Part shown: in pieces, positions 11,244 to 23,200 of the stretch
How the letters are laid out: the number at the start of each line of letters is the position of its first letter
Numbering within the stretch: the first letter of the stretch is position 1
Assembly: GCA_000708835.1 (NCBI GenBank)
Contig: DF237164.1
Span: forward strand, 1 to 64,000
Direction: 5' to 3'
Origin: Klebsormidium nitens
Taxonomy: Eukaryota > Plantae > Klebsormidiophyceae
Length of the DNA stretch: 64,000 nucleotides
Made by a program: the position numbers and the translations under genes
Notes under the pieces: generated by a model
What the model was told of the DNA's origin: nothing
Databases searched by the model: none
The model's input: the letters and a program-made list of their open reading frames with translations, nothing else

Positions 11244-12605
11244 GTACGTATGTGTCTGCGACCGGGCATAAATCCCAGAAAGTCTGTACGATATCGCACT
11301 TCCACGTTTCCTCTTTACAAAAAACGAGGAAAAACGCTTGTTGTCTAGCTGTACTACCGACTTTCCTCATTCCAGACGAAGTTGCAAATACATATTTAAA
11401 ACTACCTAGCGCCTCTGTTCAAATCTCTAAGCTTGTGTACTAGGTAGCTTGGGTACGTATGTATCTGCGACCGGGCGGAAATCCCAGAAAGTCTGTACTA
11501 TAGCACTTCCCAGTCTCCTCTTTACAAAAAATGCTAAACCGTTGTGCGGTGTGAATGCTCGGTTTTCGCCTATTGATGAGCTTTCTTTTGGGGGAGATTC
11601 CCATTTTAGAGCGTATTGACGCAATATCTGAAAAACTATTTATTGCAGTTTTAAATTACGCGATCGAAGCGTCTCAAACGCGTGGGAAGATACAATCGGA
11701 CGGCTGCCGTTTGCTCCTATCATATTACGGGCCGGTCATGCAGCGTATGAGTGCCTACCGGGCACCCGTCTTATCTAAGTTATAAGAGAAAACTGACCGA
11801 TACTGTAGACAAAGGAGCTGGCCTCTAGTATTGAGTATATAGCGTACAGAGCAACCGTCGTCGCAGGTCCTATAAATCCTGCTACCGGGTCCACCTTCTA
11901 GAGTACTCAAGTCGTTAGAATTTCGCCCGGTACTGACATAAGCAGGCAGCCACAGCCCAATTCAAGCGTGCGAAAATGTAATCCAACCGATTGAAACAAT
12001 ACCATCGGACGGCTACCTTTCCATACTAGCTAGATGGAGTGCCCGCGGCCGGCCGGGTGGCAGTTCCCTGCGGGCGCTAGCACGCGGGCATGACCGCAGG
12101 GTTTTATCGCACGTATGGCGGTCACGTTCCAAAATTAAAGGTTCACCAACAATTTTTTTTTTTTTGAAGCATCGAACTCCAAAACCCGTCGAAAAGCCAA
12201 GTCGACTGATTTCACACCGTAGTTCCGCCATAAGCACCATTCGATGGATAAAATCGGCTTAACTGAGTGACCCAGTCTGGAGCGCCACTTTATCCCAAAA
12301 CCAAACTACCCGGGTAAAAGCGAGAGCTCGTTTTTTACAAAATTAAAAAACCGAGCTAAAAAAGAGGAAAAACGCTTGTTCTTTGTAGTACGACTTTCCT
12401 CTTTGAGACGAAGTTGCAAATACATACCTACCTAGCGCCTCTGTTTTAATCTCTGAGCTTGTGTACTAGGTATGTATGTATCTGCGACCGGACGGAAATC
12501 CCAGAAAGTCTGTACTATAGCACTTCCCCGTTTCCTCTTTACAAAAAAAGAGGAAAAACGCTTGTGTCTGTAGTACGACTTTTCTCATCCGAGACGAAGA
12601 TGCAA
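11244..12605. repeat. 209-bp unit repeat in two direct clusters (11244-11530; 12358-12605), probable TE remnant
   Basis: TCTGCGACCGG..AAATCCCAGAAAGTCTGTAC..CACTTCC...CTCTTTACAAAAAA at 11255, 11464 and 12481. GAGGAAAAACGCTTG..GACGAAG.TGCAA recurs at about 11327, 12364 and 12550. Confidence 0.85.
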
Positions 12606-13030
12606 CACGCTTCAGTTGATCCATGTAAGGTGACTCCGCTAATATTGCGGTTGATTATCGACTATTTCATCCTCGGGTGAATGCTTGAAGCGGCCACAAC
12701 GAGGATAATGACACCATTTCCCATCCCTTAACAACAGTTGCTCAACATCGTAAGAAAATGTGATGAGCAAGGGTATGGGTGCTTTCCAAAGAAAGCGGAA
12801 GTCGAAAGGCCTCGTGACTCTCCCTCTGCATACGTGTAGAACACTAGCCTGAATGACATGTGTCAGTTCTTTCGCATAACATGCCAATCTGTACCGGAGT
12901 CATGGGTCCGCCAATTGCAAGTCCTAGTCCACCTGCACTTCACGTCTCAAGCTGTAGTACCATCTTAACCCTTTGCGTTTCGTCCGCACAAGCAGCAGAA
13001 ATCTGCGACGATTCAAACGGTCCGTCACCT

Positions 13031-14860
13031 CTATGGCAATGCCCATTGCTGGGCATCATAGAATTCTTTTACCACTGGCCAGAGATTCTGCTGCCTCAGG
13101 ACCGTCTCCATCGCGCGCAGATACTCCTGCAGAGCTGTCACCATGTAGGCAGCCGGCCATGACGCAGCTGGGACATGCTTGAGGATGGGCAGGACTGCTT
13201 CGACGTACGCGCATGCAAAGTGCGGCTCCGTGGGTCGCTGGAAGTAATTGTAATTCGCCTCGGTGTCGCTGCAGAGGCGCTGCTCGTCCGGGTTGGCGTT
13301 GCGGTGCACGCCGTAGAGGAGCAAGGGGCGGTCCCCGAGCTTCCCGACCGCGCCCCCCGACGACCCGGGCGTGGTGGAGGCCCTAATCTTGCCCATCTCA
13401 TCCGAGAACGAGATGACGTCGCCCACGCTGATTGACAGGGTGTCTGCAAATCAAGGTGCGTGCTGTCAGCTTTCTGTGGTACGGAGGCCAGCAAGACACC
13501 ACGCAGCCCTCCACTGATTCCACCGCACAATCTGGCTGAAGGATGCCAAGGGGCTTTCATCATTCTTTGAGTTATATATTCCGTCCCGTTCAAGAAGTTC
13601 CATGTTCCGGCAAGCAAGTCAACCACGGACAGAGAAGCGTTGCGTGTTCTTCTTAAGAATAGATGATGCATAAACCTATGTCCACCGCAACCAGAACCAA
13701 TGCTTAAAGATGGGAAGGTCTTTTATAAAGACACTGGTATTTTGAATGGATGCGGGCATACTCTTTTCTGAATGCTCTACAGATTGTGCGCAACATCAGT
13801 CACACCTTCGCAAGTGCGGATGTAACTGCGTGACCTTGAAAAGACTTCCACAGCTGGGCACAGACGCGGAAGAAAACGCTCCTTTGGAAACGTCCTTTTT
13901 AAAATCGACTTAGTCCACTTACTCGGGCACAGGACGTACTGGTTCATGGCGTCCATGAGGAGGTGCTGACGGTGGTCCGGGACCTTGTAGATGGAGCCCA
14001 TCTGCTCGAGTGTAACACGGCCTGCAATCTGACCAAAGGCAGACGTGAGTGCTCCTTGTGCAGCACACCTAGCAAATTGTTTTGATGTCCAAGTGCAGTG
14101 ACGTCGTGGCCTAGCGCGAAGTTCTTTTCAGGCGTTACCCCTAGAACATCAAGCGTAGCACTGGTGCTCGTTGGTGCTTCGATCAACCTGCCAATTGAGC
14201 TACATGAACGCCACAAGGCTGCTTCTATGTTGACTTATTGGGGTGACTGTTCGTACGCTGGACAGAGAAGTCGGGGCAGCTCCAACACTGTTTGAATTCC
14301 TTCTGAGGACGACTGTTCGAGACCAGGATCTGCAATCTGCCAGAGTGCTGACGCGCCAACTCTCTTGCGCTGACAGGCCATCACTCTCAGTATTTAAATC
14401 AGCCAATCATCTCCACTGGGATGAACCAATTGAGAGAAGCTCAACGACCTCCTGCAATCAGGCTTATCTCTTTTCCTTACCTGACACTTGCAGGACATAG
14501 AACGGCACCTCCGCCTGTGGCTCTTCGGCTGTAGGGACATACCACCAAGGGATATTGTGCTTGCGGTCTTCTGCGTACGGGAAGGGGCTCCCCGTGAACG
14601 GGTCGCACTCGGCCCGGATGACGCCGACCAGGAAGTCCGGGTGGTGGCTGATACCCGAACTTGGCGTCTCCTTAACCTCGGGGTACACGCGCGACCGCAT
14701 CTTCCTGGCCACGTCCGGCGACACGTACGAGGTCGCCAGCCCAGGCGGGGCGGGGACGTCATTCTTGGCAAGAACTTGGACCCCGCTCTTCCAAGCCCGG
14801 CTGGACAGGAGCGGCCCCGCAGACGTGCGCGCGGTCATGGACGGCGTCTGTTCCACACAG
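13031..14860 (-). CDS. Trypsin-like serine protease domain gene (3' exons; 5' part uncertain)
   Basis: Last exon 13443-13031 contains STTPGSSGGAV (catalytic-Ser-like motif) followed by LLLYGVH. Exon 14021-13923 joins it in frame. Provisional upstream exons are 14329-14257 and ~14860-14488 (HPDFLVGVI, candidate Asp). The His motif is unclear. Confidence 0.5.
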
Positions 14861-14995
14861 CAAAGGGAATTGATTCAGGACAAAGAGTCCTTGCAAATGT
14901 TTTCAACCAGAGACACGACAGTCTTCGAGCTTTTGGTCCACAAATAGACGCAAAGACTTTCCGGTCCACCGGCAGAGCACTCTTAGGAGTGCCAC

Positions 14996-15102
14996 GTGCT
15001 GGCGGCTTTGTGTTGAAAAAAGAGCGCGATACGGCGTGTCAAAGCAGTGCTGGCGGCTTTGTGTCGAGAAAAGAGCGCGATACGGCGTGTCAAAGCAATG
15101 CT
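14996..15102 (-). repeat. 51-bp tandem duplication of a branch point/polypyrimidine/AG-like segment
   Basis: Units start at 14996 and 15047. On the minus strand each reads TTTGACACGCCGTATCGCGCTCTTTT.TC.ACACAAAGCCGCCAG|CAC. Confidence 0.8.
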
Positions 15103-15378
15103 CATACAAAACGAGTGCTCACTAAGGGAACTCGAACTGACCAGCACTGACAAAGTTCACCACTCGATGACAGGTCGATGTGGTCAATGACAGGCCACCC
15201 AATCGTGATCGTGCATCTCACATCCTGAGTGAATCACAGAATAACATACTTGACACAGAATGCCTTTTGTGTAATAGAGAAAGTGTCCAGACACAGATGG
15301 TGCGGATGATTCACGACCGTAGACCTGCACCTGTCAACCATTCACAAGTGCTGACCGCCAAGGCAGTGTTCAGCCCAA

Positions 15379-15551
15379 CTGCAGCCCGCCAGACTTTCAA
15401 TGCACAAACTTCTGATCCATGAATCTCTTGATGCCCCCTTGCCTCCTGCTTTTGAATCTCACGTCTGCAGCCCGTCAGACTTTCAAGGCACAAACATCCG
15501 ATCCATGTTGTCTCTTTATGCCCCGTTGCCTCCTGCTTTTGAATCTCACGT
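15379..15551. repeat. 86-bp tandem duplication
   Basis: Units start at 15379 and 15465 (CTGCAGCCCG.CAGACTTTCAA.GCACAAAC...GCCTCCTGCTTTTGAATCTCACGT). Confidence 0.85.
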
Positions 15552-15765
15552 TTACAAGGTTACTTACGGTTTCCCCTCCTGCTGACCCAAGTGGCACCAG
15601 TTCGAATTGCTGAGACATTCAAAACTGTCAACTCTCCACTTCCTGCCCTGATTTCTCATGTTCCTTTTGTACTGGGAACTCGCTCATCGCCAGTTTGTTG
15701 TTTCGTAATCTCTCCTGAGAAGAACACAAACAGACAAGTTGGATTCCCGATCTTTTTGGCCTTAC

Positions 15766-16036
15766 CCCCGCTGCTCCTCCCTTAAGCGCATGGCCTGCGG
15801 AACCAAAGGCCACGACATGATCCGCTTGGTGACTCGGGGTCACCGGGGCCTGGGGAACCCTGGCAGCCAAGCTGTCCACGTGCAGATCAATCTCTGCGCT
15901 GCGTGGGACAGGCGGCGACAGCATGAACGAGCTTGCTCGGCCTCCATCCCCGTCGCGCAGGGGCAGCACCTGGGCCCCATTGAAGCGCAGTTTCTCAGTG
16001 GTCAGCAGAATCTGTTCGTCCTCAGGAAGGTCGGGG
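15766..16036 (-). other. Putative coding exon (PDLPEDEQILLTTEKLRFNG...), possibly upstream part of the minus-strand protease gene
   Basis: Open frame bounded by TTGCAG acceptor (16037-16038) and GTAAGG donor (15764-15765). No stop inside. Confidence 0.4.
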
Positions 16037-17272
16037 CTGCAAGAAATGCGGAGCAACATGTTACCAATTAAATGGACATATTGCTCCAAAAAACCCAGGC
16101 TGACATCACACCTCACTTTTGAACAAAACCTCCCAACACACCGCTTTCATTGGTGAGCATTCGCAAAAGGAACAGAGAGCACCTGCATCCGTCAGTTGGT
16201 CAGACACTGAAAACCATCAACCATAATTTTGCACTCCTTACTGAACCAACTGAAACGGGCAAAAATGGCCAAGGTGTGAAGCTAAAGAAGCGCAATATCA
16301 CCTGAACGTGAAAGGCGCCGCCGTTGAAATCTGATAATCTTCGTCATAGGGCCAAATCTTCTTGAAATCAGACCCTGCATGATTCCATTTTCCCTCTTGC
16401 CGCACCACTCTCTCCACGAAAGGGGACGTCTCCATCTGCACCTGAATGTGTAAGGAGGGTAAACCGCCACCCCTGTTGATCTGCCACCCCTGCTGAATTG
16501 TTAAATGGATCAGACACGATCAGAATAAAGGCAAGATGCTCTACTACCGAACAGCAGACCGCACTGACTGCGAGATGCACGACTATAAGGTCGCGACAAG
16601 CCTGATGCGTTTGGATAGCCGACTCGAATGGGCGTTTGGATAGACGAATTTGGCTTGCTGTCAAATTGGCGAAAAGGTAGATGGTACCCCGTTCTCGAAG
16701 ACAGTTTTAGTGTACAGACCGTTATCGGCCACGCACGACTGGTTTTCTGGAGTGGTCAGCTTTTCCAATTTGAAGGACCGGCACGAGCCGTCAGCAATCC
16801 GTCTTCATGAGTGCGAGAAGACTCAAAGAGACGATCTTCGATCGGCCCAGGTGAACTTGCCTGAGGCTGAACTTTTTGAAGACTCAACAGAGAAGTGTGG
16901 CTGGCCCTTCCACTGCCAGGCAGAAAGTGTGAGCTCCATAAACTCTTCTCTGGATTGAAGACGTACCGTATTTGTAACGAAGGGGCATGAGTACAGGAAC
17001 CTCCCTTGCTGATCAGCTGAAAGCACACCACTGGTTGTAGCTCCTACATGACGCCCCCGCTGTTGGCTAGCTAGCTCGCGCTGCGAACAAGTCAGAGAAA
17101 AGGTCCTCGTTGAGTGGGCGCCACGCTTGCATTCTAGCTGACGTGGAAAACCTCTGTGCGTTAGCCATTGCGCATCATCAGCTGCCAATACATTGCATTT
17201 TCATATTGAGCACACGTGTCCTCTTGAACGTCAACAACACTTCTTTGTTGAAGTTATCACACCCCTGGTGTA

Positions 17273-20200
17273 ATGGCTGTCGACGACATTGAGGACTTGC
17301 TTGGCCAGGAGAAAAGTGCGCCCATCGGTTTCCACCTGCCGGCCCCGCCAAGCCAGGTGGGAATGGGCACCAGGGGCAGGAGCAAGGGTGTGAATAAGCA
17401 CGCGGAGAAGGACTCCCCCACAAGCGTGATTCCAGGGACCCAGTCCATCTTCTTGAAGACGTTTGGCTGTGCCCACAATACTGTAAGTGTGCACCTCTCT
17501 TCTTACTCCAAAAAGCTGTCCTCAACGTTGTGGAATTTAAGCAAAGAGCGTGAAGAGTCGAGCTTCAATTGTCCAGTTTGTCCAGCACACCCTGACTTAC
17601 ATTCTGCGTGTAATTTTGCCCAGAGAGGCATGGCTGCAAGTCTCTGTCTTTGTCATGCATCACGATCGCCCCAACCTTTTGTCGTTACTCTGCCCGAAGC
17701 AAGGTGTCAACTTCTAGACCAACAACATTTGTGGTAGCTCACTTAGAGTTAAAAAGGATCACAGCTACAACTTATTTCAAACAGATGGTTCGAAGAGCGC
17801 CGTTGACGGTTCCAACGTGAGACTTCTGCTTCGATTCTCTGCAGAGTGACAGTGAGTACATGGCAGGCCAGCTTGCCTCGTACGGGTACGAGCTGGTAGG
17901 GGAACCGGAAGCTGCAGATCTGTGGCTCATCAACACGTGAGAACACCTCAAGCCTGAGCACTTGGTTGAATCTCAAAATGGTGTCAAACCAGCAAAGCTG
18001 GTCGCCCATACTATAGACGCTTTGGTGCTCGTTCCAAGCCCCGTGCTACTGATCGCTAGATGGTGCAGTTATCGCAACGCTCCATACACTGTCCCCCATT
18101 TCATTGTCTATCAGTCTGCCCAATCCGGGCGGCCTCCTCTGACGCTGTTCCCGACCTTCTCTGAACTCATTTCTAGAAGTCTCACTTCCTTCTGAGCCAG
18201 TATGGGCGTCACTGCCATCATTGAGAGGGTCAAATGACGGTCGCGTATCAATCCCACGGATGTTGTTCTCGTGAAGCACCATATCATCCGCTGGTGCTTC
18301 TCCAGTTCTTCTCTCATACTCGTCATACCCGTATCAATTTGAGGAGTATTCTTCAGCAGAGAAAAGGTAGAAGTATTTAAGCAGAAACCGAAAAGCAGAA
18401 ACACGTGTCTGCAGAGAAGAACCACCCGCTTCTCTCAGGCGCAAATCACGAATCCTGGGGCAGAAAACACGAGATTCTTCTTTTTACCAGGTGCACCGTC
18501 AAGTCTCCCAGCCAATCCGCAATGGACTCGCTCCTCCGGCGCGGGCGCGCCCAGGGCAAGCCTCTACTTGTCGCCGGGTGCGTTCCGCAAGGTGACCAGC
18601 ACCTCAAGGAGCTCGATGACGTCAGCATCGTCGGCGTTCAGCAGATCGATCGCGTGGTGGAGATTGTGGAGGAGACGCTGAAAGGGAACAGGGTGCGGCT
18701 GCTGGCGAGGGGAGCTCTGCCCGCGTTGGATTTGCCGAAGGTGAGAGCGGGAGCGAGAGGCCGGAAGATACGGGACAAATCGAAGCTCACCGCATTTGTG
18801 TGAGCTTCATGACTTTTGGAAGAGCCCAGCGGAATGCCAGGGTTGTCGTAGCTGTCACCAGACTTCCCCCTCAAAGAGCAGAAGGAGTTGAAGGGACGAG
18901 GAAATGCCTGGTAAAAAACGTTATGCTTCACCTCTTTGACTAAGAAGTGGGGACGGGATACCAGAAGACGTTGCCACAGAAAGGGACCAAACGGGTTGAT
19001 TAAAAAGCTGCACTCTCGCATGCCCCGTTGGCCCAAGGAAGTATAGCAACCACTTGTGTGAGTTGTTTCCCAGCACGGGCGTGGTGGGTCAGCAGGATTG
19101 GAGATAGTCCACACGAAAGTAAAAGGATAAGGCCTCACCTCACGCGAAAACGATGCACATGTCTGAGGTCGTCCTGGGGAACTCATGTTCGGTATGCGGC
19201 TATTCGCGAAAGCCGTCGATTTCTTTCTTAAGCTTAAATCAGCTCTACAAAGGATGACGTATGTTGACGTGACAGCCGGGAAGACAGGAGAGCCGGGAAA
19301 AGAATTTTTCCCGCATTTTTCAGCCCTTCAGAGACGCATAGGCATCGAAGAGCTTGCCAAAGACACGAAAAGGTCGCCCATTTGCCTCCAGGTCCGCCGC
19401 AACAAGTTCATCGAGATCATCCCGATCAACGTGGGCTGCCTCGGGGCGTGCACCTACTGCAAAACGAAACATGCTCGTGGGCACCTGGGGAGCTACCCCG
19501 TGCACTCCCTGGCAGAGCGGCTGCGGTCGGTGATTGCAACCGGGGCGAAGGAGGTCTGGCTCAGCAGCGAGGACACGGGCGCGTACGGTGAGTTTGACGT
19601 GAACGGACAGCCGTTTGGGGGTGTGAGGACGTTAGTTTTTGAAAGGGTTGCGAGACCTTGTCTGGGGGTTTGAGTTGTGTACTCCGGTACAGCGAGTGGG
19701 GTGCAAATGAATAGCTGTCGGGAGTGGTAGGGCGTTATGTACACACAAGAGTCGCCCAAACTTTCCTTTAGAGTTTTACAAGCTTATGACTGTGTTTTTG
19801 ATTCTAGGTCCTTCTTATTGCTGGCCGGACAAGCTCGTCAGTAGAAGAAGCTTCGTTTTCCTGTAGTCAATTCTTCTTTAAGGGGCTTCAGTAGGATGTA
19901 GGAACTTTGTTAAGCTGTAGGAGCGTTCCCTGTATCCTTTGAAAGTGGTCCGCGAGTTGGCTGAAATTGTCTGAATGGTGTCCGACTTGTCTTCCGAAGG
20001 TCGTCGAGACGCTTGTTCCTGGCCTAGCGCTCGACATTTGGTACTTGGGTCATCCAAAAGTCAAACCCTGTTTGCTCACACAAAGCCGGTGGCTGTGGAG
20101 GTGCCAAAGCCACAAGTTCGAAGGATACCCCTGATTACGACGTTGTGCTGCTCTTTGACTGGTCGTAAATCACTGCTGGTAGAAAACGGTTGGCTCAGTC

Positions 20201-23200
20201 TCCGGGCTTCGACGGGCGCACGTCCTGTTTGGCCGATGGTACTACTCTTCAATTCTTCTTGCAGTTTTTTCCAGCTGAAAGAGCAGGACCGTTCACCGAA
20301 TTCACGGATGCGCTGAACTGTTCCAAGCCATGTCAATAAGCATTTGACCGACCTTGCAGGAAGACGCTTCCAGGTTGCTTAAAGGGACTCTTTCTCAGTT
20401 CGCCAGTAGCTGCGAGCCGTGATTGCAGGTCCGCACTCCGCTTCGTTCTGCCTGCTTCGCTTTGTCGCACGGAAAGTCAAAATGGTCGATTGAGTCGTGC
20501 CATAAGCTTCCCCCAGCTACATTGACTCGACCTCGAATCATCTCACACCCTTATTCGGCTGACGTCGTATCCGGTGACCTGATTCTCCCAGGCCGCGAAA
20601 TCGGCACCGACCTTCCGACCCTTCTCCGGGCTCAAATTACGGAGTTGCCCGCCAACGGTTCCGTCTAGTTGCTCGTCAGATCACCAAACCGCTCTTCACT
20701 TTGGAGACTTTGGCACCTTTCGCTGACTTCCTCCTCGCTGACGTCACCCTCTGCTGGCGTCATGTTTTTCAGGCCGCGACATCGGCACTAACTTTCCGAC
20801 CCTTCTCCGGGCCTTGGTTGCGGAGCTTCCCGCCGATGGATCCGTCATGCTCCATGTCGGTGTTACCAACCCGCCGTTCACTTTGAGCACCTAGACCTAT
20901 ATGCTGACGTCATCCTCTGCTGACATCATCTTCCAAGGCCGCGGCATTGGCACCGATCTTCCAACTCTCCTCCCGGCCCTGGTCGCAAGGCTGCCCGCAG
21001 ACGGATCTGGCATTCCCCGTGTCGGGATGATCAACCCGCCGTTTTCTCTCGAGCACCGTTGGCTGACATCATCCTTTGCCGACGTCATCTTTTCCCAGGC
21101 CGCAACATAGCACCGACCTCCCCACCCTTCTCCGGTTCCTGGTTCTGAAACTGCCCACGTGTGGCTTCGTGAACTGCGTGTTGGGATGACCAACCCGTCC
21201 ATTATCAGCGCGCAACTAGACTGACGTCATATTCTGCCGACGTCTCTTCCAGGCCGCGACATCGGCACCGACCTTCCGACTCTTCTCCGGGCACTAGTCG
21301 CGGAGCTTCCTGCCGATGGATCCGTCATGCTACGCGTTGGGATGACCAACCCGCCGTTCATCTTGGAGCATTTGGACGCGATTGCGGACGTCCTGCGACA
21401 CCCGTCCGTGTACGCCTTCCTGCACGTGCCCGTACAGTCGGGGAGCAACGCGGTGCTCAAGGTGGGGGGGCGATAAACCAGCGTTCTGCTTTGTTTCGAA
21501 ATTTCAGCTGCCAACGCTCTCAAATTGTTCTGATCCAGATTCAGCAGACGGGACGCTTGATGTCTTAACCCGATCAGGATCAACAGCCTTCTGAGCTTTG
21601 AAGGTTTCTGAAAGTTCTGCGGAAGTCGAAGGTTTGTCGGTTTCCGGGTTTCCAGATTTTTTTGACTTCTAGGCAATGTATCGAGTCATGAATGGGTCCG
21701 GGGGGGCCTTCACGCGGTTTGAAAATCGCGAGTGCGACCTTCCGGATTTTTGTGTATCCTCTATCTGACGAGGATATGGGGAACCAGCTTCTCGACTACC
21801 TTTTGTATGCCGGGCCCTCGACAATTCTGACCTTGCGTGGGCTTCTGCTCGTTAGAAGCTAGAACTATCGCATCGAGAAACTGAAAAGGGGTCTCGTCGG
21901 AAAGGTGTCGCTCTTCGTTATCATCTAGCCTGTACGCAATCTGTGCTTCACCATCAGCCGACCTTCAACGGTGAAGAGACGTTGAGCGGTTGGCAGGAAG
22001 TCGTAAAGTCCGCCCCGGTGGGTTTGTAGTATGCGGAAAACGTCAGAAGACACCGGCTCTCCGCCCCTAAACGATCGCTGTTCAATCTCTGCTATGTAGG
22101 GCATGAACCGGGAGTACACCGTCGAAGATTTTCGGACGGTGTGCGACACCTTGCTGCGGCTGGTCCCGGACATGCAGATCGCCACTGACGTCATCTGCGG
22201 GTTCCCAGGTAACGAGCTGACGTTAGAGTCTTTACAGGAAATTTGGATGCGCCCTGAGACGAAAACGAGGGGCCCTTTCGCCTGCGCTCTCCTTCGCAAG
22301 GCAGCTAATTCCTGCGTGCTTGATATCGCTTTTATGATCGACTTTCTCTCAGCTGTTTGAGTTATTTGCGCACCGTTTCATGGCTTGTTTTCCGCGTACT
22401 CTCCCTCTTCGATGCTGGGGGCAAGGTCTCCAGATTAAAGAGTCTCGGCCATCTCACATCCGCCCGCACTAGAGTGTACGTTTCAAGTTTGGCTCTTCAA
22501 GAAGCAGGCCCTGTCCTCTGGATCAGGATCAGCACAAGGGACAGACTATCTTCGAGGACCTTTATCAATGGCTCTATTCAAACCTGAGTTTGAGCTAAAA
22601 GACATATAGAGAAACGAAACCTCTTCTTCCGTATCCAGGCGAGACCGACGACGGCTTCGCCGAGACTATGGCGCTGATCGAAGAGTACCGCTTCCCGCAC
22701 GTCCATATCTCCCAGTTCTACCCGCGGCCAGGTCAGGCAGCTTTCTCAGTGCTCTTTGCTTGTTTCAGCAAAAGTTTTATCTGCTTTGGTAGGCGGCTGG
22801 TGAAGCCTCATGCTGAGAGCGCTTTTGACCCGATACACTCCGACTCAGTATAAGGTGTGCCAATTCTGGGACTCATCTGAGATACACCGATCACAATGGA
22901 GGAACCCGCTACAAATAGTCATTGATTGACGCCGTTGCTTTTCCAAGTCTGCCAGTTGCTGACCTAACTTTTCAGAATCTCGCCCGTCTTCGTCTGAAGT
23001 AGTCAGACTTTCCGCATTCAGAGGATCTCCTTGCCCAGAAAGCCCGTCCTACGTAAAAGTGCTCCTTGATCTTTCTATCTAATGCTTCTTGAATTGTTCG
23101 ATAGTCCACCTTCGAGCTGTCCCAGTTGTCACTATTAAGACAGAGCTCTCGTGGTTCTGAATAAGCCTCTCCCAGACAAAACTCCGGAGCTTATATCAAG

